Source: an uncultured delta proteobacterium (GTDB taxonomy: Bacteria; Desulfobacterota; Desulfobaccia; Desulfobaccales; 0-14-0-80-60-11). From it: a stretch of 64,000 nucleotides of DNA. Below are positions 9,548 to 19,508 of this stretch, in pieces. The notes beneath the pieces were generated by a model that did not search any database, was not told the origin of the DNA, and saw only the letters and a program-made list of their open reading frames with translations. The stretch lies in assembly GCA_963812015.1 (NCBI GenBank), contig CAWETI010000003.1, positions 1,952,001 to 2,016,000 on the forward strand. The letters run 5' to 3'. The position numbers were made by a program, and so were the translations under genes. Numbering within the stretch: the first letter of the stretch is position 1; the number at the start of each line of letters is the position of its first letter.

Positions 9548-12500
9548 TCATACCAAAGCATCCATCAGTTCCCTGGCATGCTTCAGGTAGGCTTCGAAGC
9601 CACATTCTTCAAAGACCCGGATGGCCTCCGAGACATACTCCCTGGCCTTGGCTCGTCGCCCTCTAAATTTAAAGAGCACCCCCAACTGCAGACAGGGTTG
9701 CCCCAAGAACCCCCGGGCTCCCGTTTGTCTAGCCAATTGCACGGCCTTGGTCAGGTGCCGCTCGGCTTTTTTACCCGCAAAAGGAAGATTCTTGATGAGA
9801 AAACCAAAGTTCTTGCAAAAGGCGGCGAGGCCCTTTTTACCGGACCTCTGGGCGATCTGTAAGAAGATACTGCCCAAGATGAACTCGGACAAACTGGCGA
9901 ACACGCTCCTTTGAAACTCCATGAATTCGCGGCTGACACTCTCGACCAGCCTGATACCTTGGGCTAACTGGCCCTGGGCCGCCAAAGCCACGCCCAAGAA
10001 CAGGTTGGCGGTGGTCTTCAGGTATTCGGTCTGTTCGGTTTCACTGTAGGCGATCACCTGGGTTAGCAGATCTTCGGCCCGCTCAAACTCCCGCCTCTGC
10101 ACCAGAAACATACCAAGTAAAAGCTTGCCGAATATCGCATGGTACGGGTCCCCATGGGTAATGACTTTCTGGGTATGCTCCACGGCCGGTTCCATATCCA
10201 GATCCACGAAATGCCGGAAACCCATGAGCAAATTTCCCACCATCTGGCAGCGGAGACTCGAAATCTTCTGGCCATAGTCTAAAAGGCCCTGGGCGCTCTC
10301 GTGAAGCCTCTGCCGGTCACCGAGGAACCAGCCGATGTAGCCTTTGCCGGAGTAATACGTTATATAGAAAAAGGGGTCGGAGGCAAAGAGTTCCAGCATG
10401 TCCTGGGTGCGCTGCTCAAACCTGACCGCCTCTTCCAGGTAGCCCATTTCCGCGCAGGTCTTGATGAGAAAGCTGCACGCCAAACCGATGACCTGCTGGT
10501 TGCCGGTCTGGTCGCCCAGGGCCAGGGCCTGGTGCAGGTACCGGTAAGAATCCCTAAGTTTGGCCCCCTGCCAAAAAGTTGCATGTCCCAACCAGGCGTA
10601 ATACGCCCCTACCCTGGCTTTATCATCCAAAGATTCAGCTAACTCCACATGGCCCAAGAGCTGTTCGGCCATGGCCTCGAAACGGCCCTGATAATAAAAG
10701 ACCATGCACCACTCTATCAAAAGATCAATGAGGAGAACGTCTTCCGGTTTTGATCTGGATTGATTTTGGGAAAGCAAGCCATGAGCTTCCCGGTAATACT
10801 GGTTTGCTTCTTCAAGGGCATAGCGTTTGACACTCTTTTCTCCGGACTTTACCAGGTAATCCACGGCCTTGTGGACCGAGCGGCCCCGTTTGAAGTGAAA
10901 GGCCAAGGTCTCCCAAGACTCCAACGACCTTTCCCGGCAGAACTTTTCCAAGGCGAGGCCGACGCGCTCATGGATATTCTGGCGTTGCTTTTTGAGAAGC
11001 CCGTCATAGACGGCTTCCTGAATCAAGGCATGTTTGAAATAGTACTCCACGTCCGGGTGGGTTGACCCGACCCGAATCAAATCAAGCTCCTGCAACCGAT
11101 GCAGGTGTTGGTCGATGGGCTCTTCCTGGGTGGTTATGCTCTCCAGGATTTCATAGTAAAACGTCCGACCAATGACCGAGGCCTCCTGCAGGAGTTCTTT
11201 GGCGGCCGCGTCCAGGCGATCCAGCCTTGCCGTAATAACCCCCTGGATGGTGGCCGGCACCATGATTTCCTGGCTGGTTCCGGTGAAGCGCCAGTCTCCG
11301 TCATGGGCTACGAGTATGCCGGACTCGATGAGGGAGTTGACCACTTCCTCCACATAGAAGGGATTGCCCCCCACCTTCGCTTGCATAACCTGCTGCAAGG
11401 GCAAAGGGATGGCCTCGGTTCTCAGCAGGGAACCCACCAGCAGCTGGGTTTCCGAAGGTAAGAGATCTTTAAGTCGCACCTCTCGGTACGAATCCCCCAT
11501 CGCCCGGATGTGGTCTGGGGAAAAGATGGTAAGCGGCGGCCGGTAGATGCACAAGAACAGCGCTGGATAGTTTAATTTGGCCAACAGTAAACGCAACAGT
11601 TCCAGGGACGACGGGTCGGCCCAGTGCAGATCCTCCAGGCTGATGATCGTCGGCCCCCGGCGCACCAAAGCCCCCATCAACGTCAGGAACGCCCTATGCA
11701 AATGGGCCTTCCAGGCGTCGGGATTGATATCCACCGCCTCAAGATAGGGAATCGACAGAATCTCCCCCAAGTAGGGCAGCACCGCATCTCCATCACCCAT
11801 GATGGTTTTGACCATGCTTTCCGCTTTTTCCCTGGCCAGCTCAGGCGGATCGCTTTCCTCGATCTTAAACGTCCGGTTAAGGAGATCGATCAGCGGGTAG
11901 TAGGGGACATTTTGAGCGTAGGCATAGGCGTGACCTTCGTACCACTTGATTGAGGCCGGGTCCAGGCGGGACTTGAATTCCTCAATAAGCCGGCTCTTCC
12001 CGGTTCCCGCCTCCCCAAAAATAGAGATGACCGAGCCTTTGCCTTCCAGCAGGTTGCCCACGGCTTTTTCCAGTCGCGCCATTTCCCTGTCTCGCCCGAT
12101 CAAATCCGCTCGCAGGCCGGAGATTCGATGCGTCTTGCTGGGCAATTCCTTGGCGCCTAAAACCCGGTAGACCTGCACCGGCTTGGTTCGGTTTTTGACT
12201 TTGACCGGCTCAAGCCGTTCAAAGAAAAAAAATCCTTCCGCCAGGCCAGAGGTGATATGTCCCACCAGGGTCTCGTCGGCTTTGGCCAGGCCGCACAACC
12301 TCGAGGCCACATTAACGGTATCCCCCGCCACCTGGTGGGTGCCGTCGTCGGAGTGGATTTCCCCGGTCACCACCAGCCCGGTATTGATACCGATATGCAC
12401 GGCTAAGGGCTGGCCGATGCGGGCCTGGAATTTCAGACTGAGGGCTCCCATGGTCCGGTGAATCTCTTGGGCGGCCCGGATGGCCCTGATGGGATCATCT

Positions 12501-12895
12501 TCATGCGACCAGGGTATGCCAAACAGGGCCATCACCGCGTCTCCGGCAAACTTCTCGATGGAGCCCTCGTATTTGAGAATAACTTTCGAAACTGCCTCGA
12601 AAAGATGGCTCATAATATCTTTAATTTCTTCCGGATCCAATCTTTCCGCCAAGGCGGTGTAGCCCGAGACGTCCGCGAACAGGGCGGTAATGTGCCGGCG
12701 TTCACTGGCGACCTTCTTGCCCTTGGGCGCCGATCTTTCCGGGGCCTTGAATGCAAACCCGCATTCCCCACAGAATTGGTCATTCCGGAGGACGAGGGTT
12801 CCGCAGTTCGGGCAGCTCAGGTGCAGTTGAATCCCGCACACCCGGCAAAACTTCTGGGTCTCTTCCTGGTCGCTATGGCATTCCGGGCACTTCAT
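9548..12895 (-). CDS. Class III adenylate/guanylate cyclase with double zinc ribbon, AAA ATPase and TPR-like domains
   Basis: Four CxxC pairs at N-terminus; LFADVSGYT, KFAGDAVMALFG, GDTVNVASRL; Walker A GEAGTGKS; LEDLHWAD; helical C-terminus. Confidence 0.9.
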   Translation of the reverse strand: MKCPECHSDQEETQKFCRVCGIQLHLSCPNCGTLVLRNDQFCGECGFAFKAPERSAPKGKKVASERRHITALFADVSGYTALAERLDPEEIKDIMSHLFEAVSKVILKYEGSIEKFAGDAVMALFGIPWSHEDDPIRAIRAAQEIHRTMGALSLKFQARIGQPLAVHIGINTGLVVTGEIHSDDGTHQVAGDTVNVASRLCGLAKADETLVGHITSGLAEGFFFFERLEPVKVKNRTKPVQVYRVLGAKELPSKTHRISGLRADLIGRDREMARLEKAVGNLLEGKGSVISIFGEAGTGKSRLIEEFKSRLDPASIKWYEGHAYAYAQNVPYYPLIDLLNRTFKIEESDPPELAREKAESMVKTIMGDGDAVLPYLGEILSIPYLEAVDINPDAWKAHLHRAFLTLMGALVRRGPTIISLEDLHWADPSSLELLRLLLAKLNYPALFLCIYRPPLTIFSPDHIRAMGDSYREVRLKDLLPSETQLLVGSLLRTEAIPLPLQQVMQAKVGGNPFYVEEVVNSLIESGILVAHDGDWRFTGTSQEIMVPATIQGVITARLDRLDAAAKELLQEASVIGRTFYYEILESITTQEEPIDQHLHRLQELDLIRVGSTHPDVEYYFKHALIQEAVYDGLLKKQRQNIHERVGLALEKFCRERSLESWETLAFHFKRGRSVHKAVDYLVKSGEKSVKRYALEEANQYYREAHGLLSQNQSRSKPEDVLLIDLLIEWCMVFYYQGRFEAMAEQLLGHVELAESLDDKARVGAYYAWLGHATFWQGAKLRDSYRYLHQALALGDQTGNQQVIGLACSFLIKTCAEMGYLEEAVRFEQRTQDMLELFASDPFFYITYYSGKGYIGWFLGDRQRLHESAQGLLDYGQKISSLRCQMVGNLLMGFRHFVDLDMEPAVEHTQKVITHGDPYHAIFGKLLLGMFLVQRREFERAEDLLTQVIAYSETEQTEYLKTTANLFLGVALAAQGQLAQGIRLVESVSREFMEFQRSVFASLSEFILGSIFLQIAQRSGKKGLAAFCKNFGFLIKNLPFAGKKAERHLTKAVQLARQTGARGFLGQPCLQLGVLFKFRGRRAKAREYVSEAIRVFEECGFEAYLKHARELMDALV

Positions 12896-13077
12896 GGCTT
12901 GGCCTTACGCCCTGGCTGTTTGGTTTCAGACCTGCAACAAGCTGGAATCCACCTGGCAATTTACGGAGTATCCCGGGGGACCCCCCCGCCCCCCGGTCGG
13001 CACGCTGTAAAAGATGGGGCATTCCTCGCCGGTTCGTCACCGCCTAGTTTGGGGCACTCTTCCTTCGCCCCGAACCT

Positions 13078-13983
13078 TCAAGAGACCACGAGTTCAGCCC
13101 AGGAAAAAATTTCCCGGCACTGCTGCTCCGCGGCTGAAGACATCAGCCGCCTGGAAAGACCGGCAGGAACGGACTTGCCGACACGCGCCGCTTTGGCATA
13201 ACCGGTGGGGTTGTAAGGGAGCAGGGAACACCGGGTTACCCCAAGTGGCTGCAACAGGCGAGAGATCGCCTTAAGATTCCGGGCCGAAGCCGTCATGCCG
13301 GGGATGAGCGGAATACGGGGAAGCACGGCCTGGGGCCGGGCTGCCAGCAGCCTGGCCAGGTTTGCCAGAATGACGCGGTTTTTTCGGCCGGTGTATTTCA
13401 GATGCTCTTCTGGATTGGCGATTTTGACGTCGAACATGATCAGGTCCAGGTAGTCCAGGACCTGCTTGAATGCCGACCAGGCAAACAGACCGTTGGTCTG
13501 GATGGCCGTATGAATCCCTTGCTGTTTGAGGGCCTGGAGGAGGGGGGCGAGATAGGCCAGGTGGAGGGTGGGCTCCCCGCCAGAGAAGGTGACCCCGCCG
13601 CCGGAAACTTCATAAAACACCCGGTCCCGGAGGAGTTTGGCGGTCAACTCCTCCACGGGGAAAAACTCACCGATGCACCGCAACCCCCCGCCGGGGCAAG
13701 CCCGGACACAATCGCCGCAACCGTCGCAGCGGCTGCGGTCGATGCGGGCCGGGTGGTCCAGGCTGAGGGCCCCGCGCCCGCAGGCTGCCACACAATCGCC
13801 GCAACGGATACAATCGGCGGCCGAAAAGCTGATTTCCACCCCCGCCTGGATGGACTCGGGATTCTGACACCATCGGCACCTAAGCTGGCATCCTTTGAAG
13901 AACACGGTCGTGCGAATGCCAGGCCCATCCTCCAGGGCGTGCCTTTTGATATCGAAGATCGAAGGGCCTTCGGTTGTTTCCAT
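13078..13983 (-). CDS. Glycyl-radical enzyme activating enzyme (radical SAM with ferredoxin insert)
   Basis: DGPGIRTTVFFKGCQLRCRWCQNPES, two CxxCxxCxxxC motifs, GGVTFSGGEP. Confidence 0.95.
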   Translation of the reverse strand: METTEGPSIFDIKRHALEDGPGIRTTVFFKGCQLRCRWCQNPESIQAGVEISFSAADCIRCGDCVAACGRGALSLDHPARIDRSRCDGCGDCVRACPGGGLRCIGEFFPVEELTAKLLRDRVFYEVSGGGVTFSGGEPTLHLAYLAPLLQALKQQGIHTAIQTNGLFAWSAFKQVLDYLDLIMFDVKIANPEEHLKYTGRKNRVILANLARLLAARPQAVLPRIPLIPGMTASARNLKAISRLLQPLGVTRCSLLPYNPTGYAKAARVGKSVPAGLSRRLMSSAAEQQCREIFSWAELVVS

Positions 13984-14564
13984 CAGGGCAGATCGCCGGT
14001 CGCCTCCAGGAGCATGTGATTGGCCATAAAGAGAAATTTGTACAGGTAATTTAAGTTGCCGCTCACCCGAATTTCGTTGTTAATAATACTTTGCAAAAAA
14101 TCCCGGCTTTGTAAGACCACATAATTGAACAAATAATTGATCAGGGCTTGCCCGTCCTTGAACTCGAGGGTGGCGTTCACGTCCTCGCTGAGGGATTTTT
14201 CCCAATCCATCTGCCCATCATGAAACTTGACCAGGACGTTGATATCGCCGGACTTGCTGCGAAACTGATAGTCCGCGTCAAACTTGTCGAGATTCTGCCG
14301 GTAGTCCGAGCCGATAATGATCGGGTCAATCAGAAATCTGGTTTTCATAAGGAGGAGCAGCCCTTCCATGATGTTTTCGGCGGCCTCGGCCTCCAGAGTG
14401 TCGAGAAACTTTTTGACCGCGTTTTTCCAAATCTGGAGGGCTTGCGGTGGCTCCCATTGGCTGAGGAATCTCCCCACCGTCCTGTCCCAATCCTGCCGAG
14501 CGTCCTCCAGGCTCAATCCGTGAGGCAATCCTACGAAGTCAAAGATCTCCGAGAAATTGAGCAT
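13983..14564 (-). CDS. Hypothetical protein with an SCP2 (sterol carrier)-like C-terminal domain
   Basis: VLVKFHDGQM...ATLEFKD...I.NNEIRVSGNL pattern resembles SCP2; lies between GRE and activase. Confidence 0.55.
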   Translation of the reverse strand: MLNFSEIFDFVGLPHGLSLEDARQDWDRTVGRFLSQWEPPQALQIWKNAVKKFLDTLEAEAAENIMEGLLLLMKTRFLIDPIIIGSDYRQNLDKFDADYQFRSKSGDINVLVKFHDGQMDWEKSLSEDVNATLEFKDGQALINYLFNYVVLQSRDFLQSIINNEIRVSGNLNYLYKFLFMANHMLLEATGDLP

Positions 14565-14624
14565 ATGAGCCTCCCCAAGTGTGCTTTGGGGCCGGCGTGC
14601 ACCAGCCGGCTAAATCCTCATCCT

Positions 14625-17090
14625 TTAATCAGGAACTGCCGCACTGCAATCCATGTCATACTCGGCCCGGGTAATGATCTCCTCCTGCATCTTGGGACTC
14701 AGGTCTCTAAAGTACGCCGAGTAGCCCGAGACCCGGATGAACAGGTCCGGGTAATCATCCGGATTATTTTGGGCATTTTTCAAAGTCTCGAGGTCGACGA
14801 TGTTAGACTGCACCTGCAAGCCCCCCATCTTGAAGTAGGCCTCGATGCACGGGGCAAACTTGGCCACCGCGGCGGTGGCCGGGCTATATTTCAAATTGAG
14901 GGCCTGGCCGTTGGTGATGCAGGTGTGATCCAGATTGGCCACGAAGTGCAGGGCCTCGTTGAGGTCGGGGGCGGCGCCGGAGACCGGCGTGATGCCACTG
15001 GGAAAAGCTTCATAGTCGTGGCGGCCGCTGGGCAAAGCCCGGGAAATGGCGCCGAAGCCGGCGTGCGTGGTCATCGTCCAGTAACCCACGGTGTAGTTGC
15101 CACCCCGGTAATTTTGCTGCCCCTGCAACGTGTCATGCAAAAATTTCATCAGCCAATCGGCGTTCTTTTTGGCCAGCGGGCCATCGGTGCCAAACTTATC
15201 CAGCGATTTGCTCACCATTTTCTGCAGTGGTTCATAACCTTCCCAATTGTGGTTGATGGCCTCGAGCATCTCCGGAAAGGAAACGACGCCTCTCTGAAAG
15301 ACGAATTCTTCGATGGCCGCCAGGGAGTCCACCACTTCGGCGAGGCCGATCATCGCGACTCCGGAGGAATTATAGACCGCCCCTCCCTGGATCACATCCT
15401 GACCTTTTGCCATACAGTCCTCCATCAGGGCGGACATCATGGGAAAAGGGTGATTGTCCTGATAGATGCGGCCGAAGTTGTTGTTCAGGGTGACCGCCTG
15501 GTCGATGAGCCATCCGAGCTGGGCCTTGAAAGCCTCCTGGAAGTCGGCAAAAGAGCCCATGGTCTGGGGGTCTTGGGTGATGACGGCGCTGATTTGCTCG
15601 TCTTCCGTCAGGCGGTGTTTCCCCTGGAACAGGGCCAGTTCCAGGGCTGCCGGGAGGTTCATCAGGATCGCGCCCGTATGCCCGAAGGTGCGACCGGCGC
15701 TCGAAGGTTCCACACAGCCTACCGCGCCGTAATCCCGGGCGTGCGCCAGGGAAACCCCCTGGCCCTGGAGGGCTTCGATGACGGATTTATCGTTGTGGAA
15801 GCACGGTGTGGCGTTTGTCTTGATATTGACGTCGCACAGCCTCCCAAGGTATTTTTGTGAATTTATTCCGGGGTAATAGCGGGCATTCACGTTGGGGTCC
15901 CGCAACTTCAAGAGCTCGGTGGCCTTGAGCATGACATATGTAAGGTCGTTGACCGCATCCATTCCATCCATATCGACCCCGCCCAGGGTCACGGCCTGGT
16001 TGCAGCCGCTGCCGCCGAACAGGGTTTCGCTGGCTTCCGGAGCTAGGGGCACATGATCGCAAATGTTCAGCCAGAGGCAGCCCACCAGTTCCACGGCCTC
16101 CTTCAGGAAGGCTTGCTCTCCCGCCGCGCCCCCATTTTCCCGGCTGCGCTCCAGGTCCTGGCGGAAGGCGGGATAAAGCACCTGATCCAGCCGACCGGGG
16201 CTCAAGGCGATGTTAGCGCTTTCCTGATGCAAGGCCACCTTATAAAGCCAGACGGCATTGACCGCTTCCTGGAAGCTGGTGGGTGGCTGCGCCGGCACCC
16301 GTTGGCACACCTGGCTCATTGTGAGCAATTCTTGTTTGCGAACCGGGTCAGCTTCCCCCTGGGCCAAATCAGCGGCATAACGGCTGAGATTGGCGGCATA
16401 GGTTAAAATCCCCTGGAGAGACCGTTGCACCGCCTGGTAAAAAGCCCTTTTCTCCTGGTCGCCCCCGGAATTTCCCAGGGATAATTCCTTGTCCCTGGCC
16501 TCGTCCATCACCGCCTGGAGGCCCCGGTTTACCAACTCGGCATAATTCGGGATGGTGTGGCCGATACAATTGGCTTTGGTCACCAGGAAAAAGACGATGC
16601 GCTCCATGACTTGTTGGCACCGGGGGTTGTGGTATTGCTTCCGGGCCAATTCCTGGACGGTGCGGTCCAGCCAATAAGGGGCTATTTCCAAATTAAGCTC
16701 CTTAATCTCCTCAGGGGCAATGTCGAAGCGATTTTTTTTCCGCCGGGCGATGGTCTCCAATTCAGGCCAGATGCTCAACGCCGCCATATCAGGATAGAGG
16801 GGAACGCCTTTCGGTTTGCTGGTGGTGGTGCCTGCCAGGAGGTTGTCATTGTGGATATGCGGCTCTTTATGCGACAGGAGGTCTTCATACATTTTACCGG
16901 CCCGAAGCTCCGTCGGGTCTGGCGGGTCCATGGAGTCATCTAATTGTTTCAGGTATTGGGTCATCAACCGGGGAATTTCCAGGCAGATCTCCGGGGTGGT
17001 GTCAAAATGAAGTTGCCTCAGTTTCTGGAGGCGAGGCAGACTTTCCAGAGTAACCGCATCAAGGCTTAAATCTGTGATCGTGACACCCAT
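14625..17090 (-). CDS. Glycyl radical enzyme (PFL superfamily), substrate unknown
   Basis: Cys loop GAVGCVEP, Gly loop IRVSGYSAYF, SPGRLDQ; GGAGG RBS before MGVTIT. Confidence 0.93.
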   Translation of the reverse strand: MGVTITDLSLDAVTLESLPRLQKLRQLHFDTTPEICLEIPRLMTQYLKQLDDSMDPPDPTELRAGKMYEDLLSHKEPHIHNDNLLAGTTTSKPKGVPLYPDMAALSIWPELETIARRKKNRFDIAPEEIKELNLEIAPYWLDRTVQELARKQYHNPRCQQVMERIVFFLVTKANCIGHTIPNYAELVNRGLQAVMDEARDKELSLGNSGGDQEKRAFYQAVQRSLQGILTYAANLSRYAADLAQGEADPVRKQELLTMSQVCQRVPAQPPTSFQEAVNAVWLYKVALHQESANIALSPGRLDQVLYPAFRQDLERSRENGGAAGEQAFLKEAVELVGCLWLNICDHVPLAPEASETLFGGSGCNQAVTLGGVDMDGMDAVNDLTYVMLKATELLKLRDPNVNARYYPGINSQKYLGRLCDVNIKTNATPCFHNDKSVIEALQGQGVSLAHARDYGAVGCVEPSSAGRTFGHTGAILMNLPAALELALFQGKHRLTEDEQISAVITQDPQTMGSFADFQEAFKAQLGWLIDQAVTLNNNFGRIYQDNHPFPMMSALMEDCMAKGQDVIQGGAVYNSSGVAMIGLAEVVDSLAAIEEFVFQRGVVSFPEMLEAINHNWEGYEPLQKMVSKSLDKFGTDGPLAKKNADWLMKFLHDTLQGQQNYRGGNYTVGYWTMTTHAGFGAISRALPSGRHDYEAFPSGITPVSGAAPDLNEALHFVANLDHTCITNGQALNLKYSPATAAVAKFAPCIEAYFKMGGLQVQSNIVDLETLKNAQNNPDDYPDLFIRVSGYSAYFRDLSPKMQEEIITRAEYDMDCSAAVPD

Positions 17091-17688
17091 ATTCCCTCCC
17101 TTCATGCCGTCATGGCACGGCTTTGGGTTGGAGGTTAACCGCAAGCGTCTTCAGCCCCGGAACTGCAGTCGGGGACCACCTAAAATTTGGCCTTCCTCCC
17201 GCCAGCCGGTGAGCTGCTACCCGGCGGGAGGCATACTCCCACAAGGCTGGAAGTCCTTGCCTGGGAGAGTCCGCCCCGCCTTTACGACATATACGTCCTG
17301 GGCAATATACTACCCCGGGAGGCCGATTTCTTAATCCCCCTTAACCTCCAGCCCCAACCTTAACGAGGCCAGCCTTAACGCTTATTTGATAATTTCCCTA
17401 AGAATGACAATAATCCCAAGATGAATCGAGTGTGCTTCACGTTCTCGGGTTTGCCCAGGGTCCATGATCGACGAGAGGGACTGATTCCTTATGAGAAAAA
17501 CGCCGCCACCTTTGCCGGCCGTTCTTTATGCGGTGAATATATGCTAATAATTTTACCCCTTATTTATTATGTATTGTAAAAAATAATAAGTCAACTTAAA
17601 ATGGACCAAGTCAGGTCACGGCAGGTCTTGGCAAAAAATTTTTCTCTGGAGTGCTCAAGGATGCGCCTTAAAGAGGAGGGATTCGCCC

Positions 17689-19449
17689 ATGACTGTCGGC
17701 AAGCTGCAGCGTTACCTGGATGAGCTCTTGGCCCAGGACCGGAAGTTCGACGCCGAGGTGGTGGCCACTTTCGAGGAGAAAGCCGGCGACTGGTTTGGGG
17801 TCTCCGAGGCTGAGTGGAAGTTCCTGGCGGAGAAGGTCCTGGGGGAGCAGGGCCAGCGCTTCGTCGACGACGCCACCCGCCGGGAATTGGGCCGCTTCCT
17901 GGTGCAAAAGGTTAAGTCCGGAAGTTCCCCCTGGGAGCCTTTCCTCAAGCTTCTGGACTCCATTCCCGGGCTCGCCAATCTCCTGATCGAAGCAAATCTG
18001 GGGCAGTGGTGGCAGATATTCAAAGACGGTAAAGCCCCTCCCGAGGTCATCCAGAAAGTGCGGCAGGAAGCAAGCCAGATCAACTTCCGCGGCACGGTGA
18101 GCCTCGCCAAGATCGATCCCCGCAGTGAGGCGGTCGCCGAGATCGAGGCGGCCATCAGCCAGACCGTCGCGGCTATCGACGGGTTTGATTTTCTGTCCCG
18201 GCCTCCCCAGGGCAAGGCCGCCAACGAGCACACCATCCTCATCAAGGTGGGGGTGAACTGGGGCCAATTTCTCTATCCCACCGTCACCAGCCGGGAGAGC
18301 GTCTATGCCCTCACCAGGCTGTGCTTTCAGGAGGCGGCGCACCGGGGCGCAGCCGTTGAGGTCATCGTCGGGGATGAAAGCGGCATCGAAATCGTGCTCT
18401 GGGGCGGCACCACCATAGCCAACTTCGCGCACACCGGCATCCTCCAGGCCGCGGTCCAGGCCGGCCTGGAGCGCGCCGCCGCACTGGAGGCCGCAGACCC
18501 GGAGAAATTCGCCGGAGCCCGCACGTTGCTGGAGTCGCTCCAGGCAGGATGTCCGGTCAGCCACGACCCCGAGGACGGCGACTCCGTCAAGATGATCGAG
18601 ATGGCTCGCCTGGCGGGGGTTCAGGTTGTGGCCTTCGACCAGGTGGAGCGCCAACAGGTCTCCCTCCCCGGCGCCAGACATTTCACCGAGGGCATCCTGG
18701 TTCCCCGGATCGTCACTGAAGAAATCACCGACATCATCAACCTTCCCAAACCCCCGGGTCGCCACATGATTATGGGCAATTGCGGACTGTCGGGGGCCTT
18801 GAAGAATCACGTCGGGTTGCTTGCCGGCCCGAATCGCTCCCCGGGGCTCCATGGACCATACGATCGCTATCCGCCCCCGGGGGAGGGCCAAACCCAGGAA
18901 GCCTACCTAGAAAGCTTAACGGCCCAGCGGCAGGCCCTTATCACGGACCCGAGCGGCCAGGTGGCCCGCCAGTTCGCCATGAACCTCATGTTCAACTGGG
19001 AGAATTTTGCCCCCGCCCTGCCCTTCCATGAAAAAATTGCCGAGCTTTACCTCGCCTTTGCGGGTAAGGAACGGTTCAGTGTCGCCGATATGCGCCGGAC
19101 CGTCAGCTCCATCGGGCCGGACCTGGGAGACACCATCGATATCGGGGCCGTCCTGGCCGCCAAAGATCCCCTGACCCTGGATGTCCTGGCCGGGGCCTTA
19201 CTGAAGCGAGCCTACGGAAAGATCGGCAATGCCTTCGATGCCCTGAAGCCAGGCGGCGATACCCTGCTGGAGTACCTGGTCGGCAAGACCTGGCTGGCCA
19301 CCGGGACCCCCTTCGATCTTATGGGCCACATCGCAGCCAACTCCTATGGCGTCGGACCCATGGACTTCGCCCACATTGATTTTAAAGGGCTTGAGAACTC
19401 GGGTTTCAGCCCGGCGGAGATCGACGACATCACCTCACACTTGAGGTGA
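17689..19449 (+). CDS. Divergent, extended DUF362-like protein
   Basis: ILIKVGVN, IVGDESG, IINLPKPPGRH...LSGALKNHVG, AKDPLTLD; strong RBS gaggaggg. Confidence 0.6.
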   Translation: MTVGKLQRYLDELLAQDRKFDAEVVATFEEKAGDWFGVSEAEWKFLAEKVLGEQGQRFVDDATRRELGRFLVQKVKSGSSPWEPFLKLLDSIPGLANLLIEANLGQWWQIFKDGKAPPEVIQKVRQEASQINFRGTVSLAKIDPRSEAVAEIEAAISQTVAAIDGFDFLSRPPQGKAANEHTILIKVGVNWGQFLYPTVTSRESVYALTRLCFQEAAHRGAAVEVIVGDESGIEIVLWGGTTIANFAHTGILQAAVQAGLERAAALEAADPEKFAGARTLLESLQAGCPVSHDPEDGDSVKMIEMARLAGVQVVAFDQVERQQVSLPGARHFTEGILVPRIVTEEITDIINLPKPPGRHMIMGNCGLSGALKNHVGLLAGPNRSPGLHGPYDRYPPPGEGQTQEAYLESLTAQRQALITDPSGQVARQFAMNLMFNWENFAPALPFHEKIAELYLAFAGKERFSVADMRRTVSSIGPDLGDTIDIGAVLAAKDPLTLDVLAGALLKRAYGKIGNAFDALKPGGDTLLEYLVGKTWLATGTPFDLMGHIAANSYGVGPMDFAHIDFKGLENSGFSPAEIDDITSHLR

Positions 19450-19508
19450 GGCCGAGGGGCCATCAAGGGGCAATTTTGGGAGGGGGGTGCCCCAGGTCGG
19501 GTTGGGAC

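Noticed and set aside
14148..15860. 570-aa plus-strand ORF, and similar long ORFs at 370-1677, 17668-18891 and 30720-32213
   Set aside because: Antisense shadows of well-supported genes in GC-rich DNA, with no recognisable motifs
14625..17090. Pyruvate formate-lyase (pflB) or choline TMA-lyase (cutC) assignment
   Set aside because: Lacks PFL's Cys-Cys pair, and I cannot verify CutC specificity residues or pathway context
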